Shown piece by piece: positions 35,305-44,909 of a DNA stretch of 51,643 nt. The stretch is from Escherichia phage egaa: sequence record NC_049852.1. One strand, written 5' to 3'. Numbering within the stretch: the first letter of the stretch is position 1; each line of letters starts with the position of its first letter. Below the pieces are notes generated by a model that was not told where the DNA came from, searched no databases, and saw nothing but the letters and a program-made list of their open reading frames with translations. The position numbers were made by a program, and so were the translations under genes.

Positions 35305-35668
35305 GTACAGAAATCCTTCTCAAAATAGGCCGATAAGCAACAGTGACATTGGTTTGTTTGATTGGTCTTGCTTCAACTACAACATATAATTCACCATCAA
35401 CATCAATATGATACCCGTTCTTAATTTCAACTTTATTGTTAAAAACTCCCAACTTATCGGTTACTCGTATTGTCTCGCCGTCAACCTCTCGAACTTTTGG
35501 GGATCGAATTAAACCCTTAATCATTACACTAATCTCTGGCTTTTCTACTTCTTCGCCTCCGATGATTTCAACGCTTCCACGCTGCGTTATGCACTTAAAC
35601 TCACCGTTGCCATCACTAAAGAAGTTAATTCCTTCGGTTGCCATTCTTGCGATCTCGTTATAGTTCAT
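35297..35668 (-). CDS. head-tail joining / head closure protein
   Basis: 123 aa; position; RBS tcGGAGGcgctgcaaATG; ATGA overlap with upstream gene. Confidence 0.5.
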   Translation of the reverse strand: MNYNEIARMATEGINFFSDGNGEFKCITQRGSVEIIGGEEVEKPEISVMIKGLIRSPKVREVDGETIRVTDKLGVFNNKVEIKNGYHIDVDGELYVVVEARPIKQTNVTVAYRPILRRISVHG

Positions 35669-36081
35669 TTGCAGCGCCTCCGAAATCCAGTCACAAGGCC
35701 AAATCCACCGCCTTTTTTTCTATTTAAAGTCTCATACATTTTGCCCCACGGAGTTTGTCTAATCTCTTTTCCGCTTGAATCTCCGGACACGCGATCAAAT
35801 GTCTGGCTAAATTCACCAGTCAGGGAAAATGACGCCACGCGCCGTGAGTAACTCTCTACGCTTTCCCCTTCTTGCTTCATAGCTCCATCAAGCGTCATAA
35901 GGTGCAAAGTATAAAGGGCAACCGCTTTTGGATATGATTCTTTAAACCGCTTCTTGCAAACAAACTCCTTTGCAAGCTCAATCCATGCCACCATTAAATC
36001 TGGATCAATCTGCTTCATCGGTGGCGCTAATTTCACGATTTGCTGCGTGATTTCTGCGTCAGTGAAAAATTCATCAACCAT
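35665..36081 (-). CDS. head-tail connector (adaptor) protein
   Basis: 138 aa; first gene of neck module; RBS tGGAGGaaacacaATG. Confidence 0.5.
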   Translation of the reverse strand: MVDEFFTDAEITQQIVKLAPPMKQIDPDLMVAWIELAKEFVCKKRFKESYPKAVALYTLHLMTLDGAMKQEGESVESYSRRVASFSLTGEFSQTFDRVSGDSSGKEIRQTPWGKMYETLNRKKGGGFGLVTGFRRRCK

Positions 36082-36128
36082 TGTGTTTCCTCCAGATATG
36101 ACAAAGGGCGCTTATAGCGCCCTCTTTA

Positions 36129-36401
36129 TTAATAGATGCCGCCGTCTTCAAGTTCGGCTTTGCTCTTGCCCTCTCGTGGGTCTTTTTTACGTTTGCTTGC
36201 TGCGCTCTGTTTGATTTCTTCGTTCAATGCGGAGTTATCTTTAACCTCCAGATCGCCTTTTGCAATTAGATATTCAAACGCGCTTGTTTTCAATTTTGAT
36301 TCTTCTACGTCAAACTCTTTGCCTGGATGATAATGCTCACCATCAACAATAATAAGGCATACGCCGGAAACCTTTAGCGTTACAGTTTTTTCTTTAGCCA
36401 T
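36129..36401 (-). CDS. hypothetical protein downstream of major capsid gene (90 aa)
   Basis: ORF track; RBS tGGAGGttatgaaATG right after capsid-gene terminator. Confidence 0.6.
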   Translation of the reverse strand: MAKEKTVTLKVSGVCLIIVDGEHYHPGKEFDVEESKLKTSAFEYLIAKGDLEVKDNSALNEEIKQSAASKRKKDPREGKSKAELEDGGIY

Positions 36402-36408
36402 TTCATAA

Positions 36409-36437
36409 CCTCCAATAAAAAAGGGAATCCAGTTAAG
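36409..36437 (-). terminator. intrinsic terminator after major capsid protein gene
   Basis: minus strand gggaatcc-ttaact-ggattccc followed by TTTTTTATT. Confidence 0.8.
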
Positions 36438-36457
36438 GATTCCCCAATGTTATACGA

Positions 36458-37432
36458 TTAACTTGATTTTTTCAAGCCAGTAATAAGCACTAGCGTAAAC
36501 GGACGGTAAATCGTCAGGCCAGTACATTTTGAAGTGCACGGAACTTTGAAATGCAGATCTTTTGGTTGCGCCGGAAGCATGTTAAATGCTTCTGGAATTT
36601 CGATCGACATATTCATTGGGTCTTTCTCATATACCAGGCAACCTTTAGTTCCAGTGCCATCAATATCCTCAAGCTCTGCGATTGAGTCGATGGTGATTCC
36701 GCTGTTTTGTTTCTGGAAGTATTCCAGATAACTTTCAGTGGTGTTTTCCATTCGAACGGAAAGAACCTTGCGCATAGACGGCGGAATCAAGATATTTGTT
36801 GCGCGGTGCTGACCATTGGTGATGGTCTGAATGGTTTCAATAGCCTTTTCCAGTTCATCAGATGCAGCCTGCGGGAACTTAGTGTTTTCATCATTACTTA
36901 ACCAGCCAGAAGACACGATCTTTGTCAGGTTAGGATGTTCGAACACCGAAAGAATCTTATGCGGCTTTGAACCCTTAAACACCAGGCGGTTAACTTCCTG
37001 ATCGTGAGCGTTTTGCGCTGCGTTTGCCTTGCGAGTGGAAAGGCTCTTACCAGTGCGCTGACCAGCCTTGATTTCGTCGATGGAGATCAAGAACGCGTTA
37101 CCCAAGCGGAACACTTTACCAAATTCGCTGGACATCAGTGCGTCAACGGTCGGCAGGTCGTCGGTATAATCAGCGATAATTTTTGCGTAACCAACCTTGT
37201 CAAACATCTGATATTCAAAAGTCTTATCAGTATCAGAAAGCTCATTAGTTACAGGGAATACACGAAGCGCTGAACCTGCCGGATATTCTTTCTCGTAAGC
37301 AGTTGAGCGGATCTTGTGAAGCTCTTGCGCCGTCCAGATACCCATATCGGACGCATCACCTTTAACGCCGCTAGTAGCCAGATAGCTAGAAACAATATCC
37401 GCATCTAGCTGATCAAATTTTTCTTTTTCCAT
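36458..37432 (-). CDS. major capsid protein (HK97-fold expected)
   Basis: 324 aa from ATG with RBS atatGGAGGaagaaaATG (track start is GTG 42 nt upstream); downstream of scaffold, followed by strong terminator. Confidence 0.75.
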   Translation of the reverse strand: MEKEKFDQLDADIVSSYLATSGVKGDASDMGIWTAQELHKIRSTAYEKEYPAGSALRVFPVTNELSDTDKTFEYQMFDKVGYAKIIADYTDDLPTVDALMSSEFGKVFRLGNAFLISIDEIKAGQRTGKSLSTRKANAAQNAHDQEVNRLVFKGSKPHKILSVFEHPNLTKIVSSGWLSNDENTKFPQAASDELEKAIETIQTITNGQHRATNILIPPSMRKVLSVRMENTTESYLEYFQKQNSGITIDSIAELEDIDGTGTKGCLVYEKDPMNMSIEIPEAFNMLPAQPKDLHFKVPCTSKCTGLTIYRPFTLVLITGLKKSS

Positions 37433-37477
37433 TTTCTTCCTCCATATATAAAGGCTGTTAGTATGTAACGCCACAAT

Positions 37478-37496
37478 GATAGCATTTTTTGTTAAA
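37478..37496 (+). promoter_or_regulatory. copy of conserved element (ATAGCATTTTTTGTTAAA) in inverted orientation, in leader region of major capsid gene
   Basis: plus-strand copy about 50 nt upstream (opposite strand) of capsid ATG. Confidence 0.4.
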
Positions 37497-37515
37497 CGTG
37501 CAACATAATTTTGTG

Positions 37516-37950
37516 TTATGCGCTAATGCTCACCCCGACAATATATGAATCATGATCAACCTTTACATGTTCGCCAGTAAAGATCCAACCGCTCAGTAAA
37601 TCGCCTTCACTGTATGCCGCATCTCCATCTTGCGTTACAAATACTTTATCTCCATATTCTGGCGCTTCGCTCTCAGAAGTTAAGCACCACACACTACCTA
37701 TACTAACCACATTAACGGGATCACCCTCCTCATATATGCACGAGTCCGGCGGCCTTACTGCCACGCCAATAACAAGACCCCCATTAACACTGGCTATTTT
37801 GTATCCATTTGTTGTATGTGATAGTCGCACAATCTTACCTGGCGCAATAAATTCATCTCCGCACACGAAAGATCCGTTAATCACCATTATTGAAGAATCG
37901 ACCATGCACCCTGGCGACTCAACGCCAACAATGACTGAATAATCACTCAT
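37516..37950 (-). CDS. putative capsid-associated/decoration protein (paralog of 37997-38509)
   Basis: 144 aa from ATG with GGAG upstream (track start TTG); Gly/Val-rich beta protein between scaffold and capsid genes. Confidence 0.45.
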   Translation of the reverse strand: MSDYSVIVGVESPGCMVDSSIMVINGSFVCGDEFIAPGKIVRLSHTTNGYKIASVNGGLVIGVAVRPPDSCIYEEGDPVNVVSIGSVWCLTSESEAPEYGDKVFVTQDGDAAYSEGDLLSGWIFTGEHVKVDHDSYIVGVSISA

Positions 37951-37977
37951 GAGAAACTCCAAATATAAAAAAGGCGC

Positions 37978-38000
37978 TCAGTGAGCGCCATATTTATTAA
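37978..38000 (-). terminator. intrinsic terminator
   Basis: minus strand ggcgctc-act-gagcgcc followed by TTTTTTATATTT. Confidence 0.7.
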
Positions 38001-38509
38001 ACTGATGAAACTGCAGGAACTTTTTGCACCTGAACCTCTACCAGATTCAAGTCTTGAAACTTGGTGAAATCACCAGTCGCGATCCAGTTTGTTTCGATAG
38101 TGCCAGGCCCGGTATCAACCTGACCATCCTCAGACAGTTTGATTGTAGCGCCGAACTCTGGCGCGGTGGCGTCTTTAGCCAACATCCAAACACGCCCTTC
38201 AGTCATTACGTTGATTCCGCCGCCAGATTCATAAATCATTCGACCGTCAGCCGAAGTTGTCTGGAAGTGAGATCGAATTGCAACGCCGTAAGCCTTGCCG
38301 CTTGCCGCCATCGGCTTAATTAGCTTATTGCCCATAGCATCAACGCCGCCATGCTGGACAGCCACACCAACAAAAACAGACTTATTCTGATTTCCTGCTG
38401 CATTCTCAAGAACACAAGCGCCATCAATATTATAAGCTGAAGTGTCAGAAACCTGACCAGGTAACGCACGAGACATTACAGCAAAATAACTTGCTCCAAT
38501 TGTAGCCAT
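37997..38509 (-). CDS. putative capsid-associated/decoration protein
   Basis: 170 aa; RBS GGAGaaataaacATG; followed by terminator; position between scaffold and capsid. Confidence 0.45.
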   Translation of the reverse strand: MATIGASYFAVMSRALPGQVSDTSAYNIDGACVLENAAGNQNKSVFVGVAVQHGGVDAMGNKLIKPMAASGKAYGVAIRSHFQTTSADGRMIYESGGGINVMTEGRVWMLAKDATAPEFGATIKLSEDGQVDTGPGTIETNWIATGDFTKFQDLNLVEVQVQKVPAVSSV

Positions 38510-38521
38510 GTTTATTTCTCC

Positions 38522-39634
38522 TTATTTAAGTTTTTTCAAACGCGCAGTCGGATCAAGGGAGTCGGTTTTTTCACTCTTGCCAGATTCGAAAGAATCGCCC
38601 TTAACAGATTTACGCTGCGCCGCCATTTTATCAGACTGCTTCGCAAGGTCAAAAGCTGTTTCAATATATGCATCGGCTTTTTCTGAAATATCAGCGCCAG
38701 TGACTTCTTTGACGTAAGCAACTTTGATCGCTTTAGCGTCCAGGCCGTCACACTTGATGCCAATTTCAGTTGCATCTGCAACCAGCTTGGCGTGTTCTTC
38801 TGCGTCAGTCTTTGCCTTCTTAACAGCTTCTGCAATCTGCGTCGGAATGCCATCGACTTTAGTTTTCAGGGCGTCGCGCTCGGCCTCAAGGCCATCAGCT
38901 TTTTCGGTTGCAGCTTTTGCATCTGCCTTTAACGCCTCAATATGATCAGCAACGGCCTTTGGAACATCAAATTCTACCGCGCCATCAAGTTTAATTTTTA
39001 CTGTCATTTCCTCATCTCCTTTGTCATTTAGAACCTCGTCACTATACGGAAAATCCTGTTCACTATCAAGATTTAATTTGGCAATTCCAGCACGACCACG
39101 AAAGACGAGCGCAATGTGATTAACACGGATATTCGTCTGAATGGCGTCAAATTTAACCCAATCAGGGGAATCAGGCTTCCAGTCTTCCTTTAGGTCTTCC
39201 TCAAACAAGTAATCACCTGTTTTATTATTACCCCAACCTGGCTTGTCAATATCAACCGATGTGTAACCAACTGAAATTTCCGCCGTGTCTTTCTTTTTTG
39301 CGCTCTCAATTGCTCGCTTTGAATAAATGCTTAACGGAACTTCAACGCCAATCCCATTTGGAACACCAGCGCCAGCGCATGAGCCAACAACAACCTGATC
39401 CGCATTATCTGGCGTCACTGTGACGTGACCGATAGTGATCGGCTTGCCTGCGAACGTAGCAAGCGAATCAGCCTTAAACACCTCTGACGCTGGTCGGAAC
39501 TCTCGTCTGATTCCATACGGTGTGCGGTACTCCTGCAAACCAATTCGCGCCACAATTGGGCGATCCACTAAAAAGCCATTATCATCAAAATGCGCCTTAA
39601 CCTGGACGCTATCAAATCTTTGTTTTGCCTTCAT
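38522..39634 (-). CDS. head scaffolding protein, possibly with N-terminal prohead-protease-like domain
   Basis: 370 aa; C-terminal half is Ala/Lys/Asp/Glu-rich coiled coil (KADAKAATEKADGLEAERDALKTKVDG...); position between head-morphogenesis and capsid genes. Confidence 0.6.
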   Translation of the reverse strand: MKAKQRFDSVQVKAHFDDNGFLVDRPIVARIGLQEYRTPYGIRREFRPASEVFKADSLATFAGKPITIGHVTVTPDNADQVVVGSCAGAGVPNGIGVEVPLSIYSKRAIESAKKKDTAEISVGYTSVDIDKPGWGNNKTGDYLFEEDLKEDWKPDSPDWVKFDAIQTNIRVNHIALVFRGRAGIAKLNLDSEQDFPYSDEVLNDKGDEEMTVKIKLDGAVEFDVPKAVADHIEALKADAKAATEKADGLEAERDALKTKVDGIPTQIAEAVKKAKTDAEEHAKLVADATEIGIKCDGLDAKAIKVAYVKEVTGADISEKADAYIETAFDLAKQSDKMAAQRKSVKGDSFESGKSEKTDSLDPTARLKKLK

Positions 39635-39637
39635 TAA

Positions 39638-40402
39638 TTATTCTCCTTTACTATTCCAATCTGGAATCGCCCAGCAACGGCAACCCCACGGCTCACCAGG
39701 GAAATCATGAATTGCATCAAGCGCTATTCTTTTTCCTTCCCATAATACATGCTGCAAACGCTCTCTATCATCTAACATTCCATGCCAGAAATAATGAGTC
39801 ACCTTAGCATCATAAAGGCGCTGGCGCATCAGGCGACTATTCCACGCGCCGATAATGTTTTCTGATCTAGTTTTACCCCAGGAGCTATAAACAGCAAATC
39901 TCTTTTCTGCAAGATCATTAACCTGTTTATCATTGCTTCCGCGAAAGTTTGCATTGCGAATGTTTGTTGACCAGTCAGACACAATATTTGTGAATAACTT
40001 CCTTAGCGATGATTCTGTAAGGCCGTGCCATTGACCGTAAAGCGTCTGATACCAATCCTCGTTAGCGTTAGCGCCGACCGCAATCAAAACAATTACCGCC
40101 GTATTATCCTTTCCGCCAGTTGACTTGGCAACATTGATAAACTGCTTCGCATTGAATTTATAAATTGTCAACGCGATTGCGGGAAGAGTTGAAACAATGC
40201 CAGCTATAAGGTCAGTTGCCAGGCTGTTAATTTCATCTTCTGCGCTGTTGATCTCATTATCTGTTGCGTCAAACTTCATCGCTTTTGTTCGCTTGCGCAT
40301 GAGAACTACAAGATCTCTAATTGCCTCCTGAATTGAGCGGCTAAATTGCCGCTCGCTTGCTTCAGGAAAGCGCCATTGTTTAACGACGCCCTTCACTTTC
40401 AT
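39638..40402 (-). CDS. head morphogenesis protein (SPP1 gp7 / Mu F-like)
   Basis: C-terminal GEPWGCRCWAIP matches the conserved x-N/G-C-R-C motif of the Mu F/SPP1 gp7 family; directly after portal. Confidence 0.8.
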   Translation of the reverse strand: MKVKGVVKQWRFPEASERQFSRSIQEAIRDLVVLMRKRTKAMKFDATDNEINSAEDEINSLATDLIAGIVSTLPAIALTIYKFNAKQFINVAKSTGGKDNTAVIVLIAVGANANEDWYQTLYGQWHGLTESSLRKLFTNIVSDWSTNIRNANFRGSNDKQVNDLAEKRFAVYSSWGKTRSENIIGAWNSRLMRQRLYDAKVTHYFWHGMLDDRERLQHVLWEGKRIALDAIHDFPGEPWGCRCWAIPDWNSKGE

Positions 40403-41682
40403 TACTCATTCCCCTGTGTGCCTGGCTCCGGCTCAGTTGGCTCCGGCAGCTTGATTTTATTGGTGTCCTTTAGTTTAACGCTTGGTGCGATTGCTCGCAA
40501 CGTGTCGCGCGCTTCTTCAACATCAAGGAACTGACCATCAATAGCCTTGCTGATTGAGTCGATATTCTTATTCAGAATTTCAGCCTGATCTTTATCGCTA
40601 GGTACGCTCAAAGGTGAAAACTCAATGCTCCATTCCTGCTCACTAATGATGAACGGTAATAGAAATTCAAGGATAGGCTTGTAATCCTCAATGCGCTTTC
40701 GTTCAATCAGTTTATAGAATGTTTCAAGCGCCGTGTTTTGGCTTGCGCTAACGCCGCCAACGTTTTTATTTTTCAGGATGATTTCATGAATACCTGAAAG
40801 GGAAACGATGCGATCCATTTTCTTTTCCAGAAAAGAATCAACGCCGCTAATATCAGAGTTAAGAACATCATATTCCTCATCCTCAGCATCAATACCAATG
40901 GCCTTGCCTACTCCACCCTCATCGTCAACCTGCGCAAGTCTCAGGCGTGCCGCGCTAACTCCCTCCTCATCATCGCACAAGTCAGCGAGTCCTTTAGCTT
41001 TCCATACTGCCTGTTGCTTCCGCCGCAATAATTGCGTTGCCAATGTTTCACAATAGTTATAATCAACAATGGCCTCAACAAGTCTCTTGTTAAGAACTGA
41101 CTCACCCCATCCATCATTGCTGCGTCGCTTTGCGTTAGGTATCCGCTCACCGTCGATAATGCAAACACGCGTGTAGTGTACCTGGTATTCCGGCAAATCT
41201 CCGCCTGGCGTTACAGTGTAAAGCACTGGCTCACCATAGCGAACCTTGCGGGGATTAGTTTCGCGCGCTTCAACGCGAATCTGATAACGATCATAAACGC
41301 GCACATCTTCCAGAATAGCTCCAGGCTTTACAGGTGATTTGAGCGCTCGCCCATCCTGAACAAGAGCAATGATTGCAGATCCGCCAAACAAACGCGACCA
41401 GCAAAGCGCATCAATGATTTTTGCATTCAATCGCTTCTCATCCCACAAAGAACGGAATGCCGCCTCGTCTGCCACGCCGTCAACAGTAAAGCCAGGGGAA
41501 ACCATTTCCTCTGGTACTACGTCAATAATCCTTTTTGCCAAGCCATCTTTTTCGTAAAAGTCAGCAAGTGTCTTGTATGGCATTGATTGCATGTAGAATG
41601 GTTGCTCTACTCGCGATTTGCAATTCTCGCCTTTAAAGATCTCGTTATAGCCGTCAGCCTTAACGATTCGTGATTTACTCAT
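40402..41682 (-). CDS. portal protein
   Basis: 426 aa directly downstream of terL and upstream of Mu F-like gene; RBS tGGAGGaaagataATG. Confidence 0.8.
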   Translation of the reverse strand: MSKSRIVKADGYNEIFKGENCKSRVEQPFYMQSMPYKTLADFYEKDGLAKRIIDVVPEEMVSPGFTVDGVADEAAFRSLWDEKRLNAKIIDALCWSRLFGGSAIIALVQDGRALKSPVKPGAILEDVRVYDRYQIRVEARETNPRKVRYGEPVLYTVTPGGDLPEYQVHYTRVCIIDGERIPNAKRRSNDGWGESVLNKRLVEAIVDYNYCETLATQLLRRKQQAVWKAKGLADLCDDEEGVSAARLRLAQVDDEGGVGKAIGIDAEDEEYDVLNSDISGVDSFLEKKMDRIVSLSGIHEIILKNKNVGGVSASQNTALETFYKLIERKRIEDYKPILEFLLPFIISEQEWSIEFSPLSVPSDKDQAEILNKNIDSISKAIDGQFLDVEEARDTLRAIAPSVKLKDTNKIKLPEPTEPEPGTQGNE

Positions 41683-41698
41683 TATCTTTCCTCCAATA

Positions 41699-41723
41699 AA
41701 AAAGGCTGGATTTACCAGCCTTT
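41699..41723 (-). terminator. hairpin + T-run between terL and portal
   Basis: minus strand aggctgg-taaat-ccagcct followed by TTTTTTATT. Confidence 0.6.
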
Positions 41724-41750
41724 GATTATATATTGGTTTGTCGATTCGTG

Positions 41751-43319
41751 CTATTTGTTCCGCAAACCTGCCAATTTTTTCATTCTTCCTACCGGATCAT
41801 CTGCCATGTTCATTTCAATGTTAACAGCATCAATGATGTTATCAACAATATCATCATGAGGATGCGAATCATCGAATGTAAACGCCGCAACTTCAGCCAG
41901 TATCTCAGCCAGCATAGGGTGGGATTCTGGAAGTGCTACGCGTCCGGCGCGCATTACTGGCGCTGCGTCCATTGCACGAGTAACCTTGTCTTTATCGCGC
42001 TGAACAGGATTGATCTTGATCATGATTTTTTTCGCTGCGCTCTGAATCAAGCCAGTGCCAGACGATTTATCTTCAACATGAATCCTTCTCAACGTTCCGC
42101 ATTCTTTATTGCGCTTCCAGCACTGATTAACGAACGCAACAAAATTAGTCTCAAGGTCTGGCGCTTCCCATTTTCCGCGAACACCATCAATGAAGTAAAC
42201 GCGATCTTTATACATCCCCCAATAACAGATCACGGAGTAGTCGTTAAGCTCCCCTGTTTTCTGCGCGGTATCAACCGTGATAAATGTATATTCAAAGCGA
42301 TCCGGTTTTGGTAGCGTGCATTTCTCGCTGCTTCCGTAATACTGAAACCACTCTGTTTTAAACACGTTGCCGCCAAGCGCAACAGGCTGTTGCTGATACT
42401 GACTAGCAAACGTGTACGGATCAGCATTTCGAAGTGCAAGTAATTCCTCCGCGCTTTCCTTAGCAGGCCAGAATGAATAATGAGCAACACCATCAATCAT
42501 TACTGGCTTACTGGACAAAACATCGCGATCAAACTCAGGCTTTAACCAATCAGGAAGCGTTTCGCGATATTCCTTAGTAACGAGCGCCGGAATACTGACC
42601 ACCTTAAACTGGATGCCGCCCATGCCGCCGTTTGTCATGAACCATGTTGAATCATTGACGTGTAGCCGTTGCTGGACCATTACGATTGGCGTGGTGTCCT
42701 TCATTCGACGTGATCGCACCGTGTTCTTTAGGCGCATGTGTCCGGCTTCGCGCTTCACCTTAGAAAGCATATCATCCGGCTTGTCTGGATCGTCAAGAAC
42801 CAGCATACCAGTAAATCCATCATCCATGTAGCCGCCACGCAGACCAGTAACCTGACCACCGATAGAACGCGAGTTGACTTGTAATTTAACCTTGCCGCCA
42901 TCTGTTACAATCAAATCCTTTGCACTAGCCTTTGCCAGCTTTCCAGGCCATAGCTCCTGCCATTCTGGAGAACCAATAATCTCTTTGATGCGGTTGCTAT
43001 TCTGCTGGACAAGGCCATCACTAAACGAAAGATTAAGATTTCGCACCTTCTTACTTTTCAATGACGCATAAGGTGACATGTGGATCGAGAATATCTCTGT
43101 TTTACCACTACCTGGCGTTATGTTGAAAATTACATTCTGTGACTCGCCTTTGATGATTTTTTCAACTTCGCTGCATAGGTAACTGAAATGCCAGTTTCCC
43201 AAGAACCTTTGCCCCTGGAGAAGTTGAAACCAAATGCGGATCATCTTTTCGAATGAATATTCGCTCATTTCCTTAACGGCGCGTTTTTGCGCCGCTGTTA
43301 AGTCTTCCCAAATCAGCAT
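41751..43319 (-). CDS. terL: terminase large subunit
   Basis: 522 aa; Walker A ITPGSGKTE; C-terminal nuclease-like region; start overlaps terS stop (TAATG). Confidence 0.85.
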   Translation of the reverse strand: MLIWEDLTAAQKRAVKEMSEYSFEKMIRIWFQLLQGQRFLGNWHFSYLCSEVEKIIKGESQNVIFNITPGSGKTEIFSIHMSPYASLKSKKVRNLNLSFSDGLVQQNSNRIKEIIGSPEWQELWPGKLAKASAKDLIVTDGGKVKLQVNSRSIGGQVTGLRGGYMDDGFTGMLVLDDPDKPDDMLSKVKREAGHMRLKNTVRSRRMKDTTPIVMVQQRLHVNDSTWFMTNGGMGGIQFKVVSIPALVTKEYRETLPDWLKPEFDRDVLSSKPVMIDGVAHYSFWPAKESAEELLALRNADPYTFASQYQQQPVALGGNVFKTEWFQYYGSSEKCTLPKPDRFEYTFITVDTAQKTGELNDYSVICYWGMYKDRVYFIDGVRGKWEAPDLETNFVAFVNQCWKRNKECGTLRRIHVEDKSSGTGLIQSAAKKIMIKINPVQRDKDKVTRAMDAAPVMRAGRVALPESHPMLAEILAEVAAFTFDDSHPHDDIVDNIIDAVNIEMNMADDPVGRMKKLAGLRNK

Positions 43320-43840
43320 TATATCTTCTCCAGAATGTCAATTACCGCCTCTTTGACTTCCTCCGCCGTTACAGCGTCAACGCTGGCGCTTGTGTTATTC
43401 TCAATGGTAACGGTGGCTGGCTTTTCAATGCCGATCTCCTTACCGATGAATCCGGCGTTAACAATATTGTTTGCGGCAAGCTGGAATTTTTGCTCGTAAA
43501 CAACGCCGTCGATAAAGTCCATAACCTCGCTGAATCCTGGCTCACGTCGCCATTTTTCAAGTACGGAAGCAGAAAGGCCAGCGAATAATCGGAATCCGTT
43601 TAAGGTGAACACTCGCGGCTTGTGAATCTTGCTTTCGTATACGTCACCCTGAAAGGATGCCGTTTCCGCAGCCTGTATATGGTTTTCCTCCGCCCACGTA
43701 AAGTAACGTACAGCCAGATCAAATACCTGTTCCGGCGTGTACTTGTGCGCCTTTGTCATTTTTGCAATATCGCCATATTGCTTATTATATAGTTTTTTAA
43801 AGTTGCAAGCCTTTACTGCTGGCTCAACGTTTTTAGCCAT
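43319..43840 (-). CDS. terS: terminase small subunit
   Basis: 173 aa from ATG with RBS aAAGGAGGgcgcattATG (codon 58 of track ORF); immediately upstream of terL. Confidence 0.6.
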   Translation of the reverse strand: MAKNVEPAVKACNFKKLYNKQYGDIAKMTKAHKYTPEQVFDLAVRYFTWAEENHIQAAETASFQGDVYESKIHKPRVFTLNGFRLFAGLSASVLEKWRREPGFSEVMDFIDGVVYEQKFQLAANNIVNAGFIGKEIGIEKPATVTIENNTSASVDAVTAEEVKEAVIDILEKI

Positions 43841-43859
43841 AATGCGCCCTCCTTTATAA

Positions 43860-43913
43860 CAAAGACTCATTATAGACAAATTGCAGGCAATAAAAAACCC
43901 GCCATTTGGCGGG
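43860..43913 (-). promoter_or_regulatory. terminator hairpin (cccgcc/ggcggg + T-run) followed by TATAAT: putative packaging-operon promoter
   Basis: minus strand cccgcc-aaat-ggcggg + TTTTTATT then tgtcTATAAT about 25 nt before terS RBS. Confidence 0.45.
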
Positions 43914-43920
43914 TAGTTGT

Positions 43921-44160
43921 TCAATACTTGTATTTTACTTTTTCTGGATTTGTCTTCATAGTGCTGTGAATCCTGCCACCGATTGATAAGTAGTGACCGC
44001 GAACCTGCCAAACTTTCTGATCTTCATCCCAAAACGCTAAAGCAAACTCACCCTTTTTTGACTTATAGCGAACACCAACAGCCACCACGAAAGATACAGC
44101 AACAAAGCCGATTAGAACACCAATGATTAAAGCAACAAAACCAATAATTACAGAACTCAT
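43921..44160 (-). CDS. small membrane protein (79 aa)
   Basis: N-terminal transmembrane helix IIGFVALIIGVLIGFVAVSFVVAV; ATGA overlap with upstream gene. Confidence 0.6.
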   Translation of the reverse strand: MSSVIIGFVALIIGVLIGFVAVSFVVAVGVRYKSKKGEFALAFWDEDQKVWQVRGHYLSIGGRIHSTMKTNPEKVKYKY

Positions 44161-44342
44161 GATATTTTCCTTACAAGATCTATTGAAAACTGGTGAGTGT
44201 CTTGATTAGCGCCGGACAACTCTTTTGCTCTTGCTGCTGCCTCAAGCTCTCCGCGCGCTTCAACCTCACATTCAAAACTTTGTTTGCATGACGAGCAATT
44301 ACGCCCCATCCGTCTGATCGTCAACCTTACCTTGTACATCAT
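44157..44342 (-). CDS. hypothetical Cys-containing protein (61 aa)
   Basis: ORF track; weak RBS. Confidence 0.45.
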   Translation of the reverse strand: MMYKVRLTIRRMGRNCSSCKQSFECEVEARGELEAAARAKELSGANQDTHQFSIDLVRKIS

Positions 44343-44532
44343 CTTTTACGATCTCGCGCTTGATGCAATTGATATTGTGCACTGGGTAAAAGCATTCACC
44401 AATTCGAATGAATTTGCCATCATCACCAATGTCGTCCTCGGATACAGTTACGGTAAAACTGTTGCAGTGGCAGCCATTGAAAGGATGAAAAACAAGACCG
44501 CCAAAAAGAATTGTTAATTTGTACTTTTCCAT
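44299..44532 (-). CDS. hypothetical protein (77 aa)
   Basis: In-frame ATG (codon 27 of track ORF 44299-44610) with RBS tAGGTGAatatATG. Confidence 0.5.
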   Translation of the reverse strand: MEKYKLTILFGGLVFHPFNGCHCNSFTVTVSEDDIGDDGKFIRIGECFYPVHNINCIKREIVKDDVQGKVDDQTDGA

Positions 44533-44678
44533 ATATTCACCTATAAAAAAGGCGATACGTCTTACGGTAAAAACCTGCATATCGCCGTTGTTGCGTGGCA
44601 ACCGCGCCACCCGTTCGGCACTAATGCCGCTCTTATGTAAACGCTGAATATGCTAACCAATCAGGAAATCGTTGTCAA
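44533..44678 (-). promoter_or_regulatory. non-coding region with sigma70-like promoter (TTGACA-17-TAGCAT) followed by hairpin + T6
   Basis: minus strand gaTTGACAacgatttcctgattggtTAGCATattc ... ggcgata-(22 nt)-tatcgcc TTTTTT just before RBS of 44299-44532. Confidence 0.4.
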
Positions 44679-44909
44679 TCATTCGCGGTCAAATGCGTTT
44701 CCCCATCTACCACGAAGATAACCACACAACCAGATGAATTTGGTAATTGTCAGCATTGGCGCAACTGGCTGATAATGTTCGGCAATAATGCCCTTCATGA
44801 CTTCATCAACATACTTCCCGCGCTTTTCAACATCCGCCTTCATTGCCTCGCCGCACTTCTTAGCCTGGCGTTTTGCAGCGTTGAATTGCGCCTCATTCAT
44901 TCCAAACAT
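44679..44909 (-). CDS. hypothetical protein (76 aa)
   Basis: ORF track. Confidence 0.55.
   Translation of the reverse strand: MFGMNEAQFNAAKRQAKKCGEAMKADVEKRGKYVDEVMKGIIAEHYQPVAPMLTITKFIWLCGYLRGRWGNAFDRE

Noticed and set aside
41733-42314. Track ORF 41733-42314 (+), 193 aa
   Set aside because: Antisense to terL, which has a Walker A motif and is positionally conserved
44284-44517. Track ORF 44284-44517 (+), 77 aa
   Set aside because: Antisense within a uniformly minus-strand region; the minus ORF 44299-44532 has a good RBS
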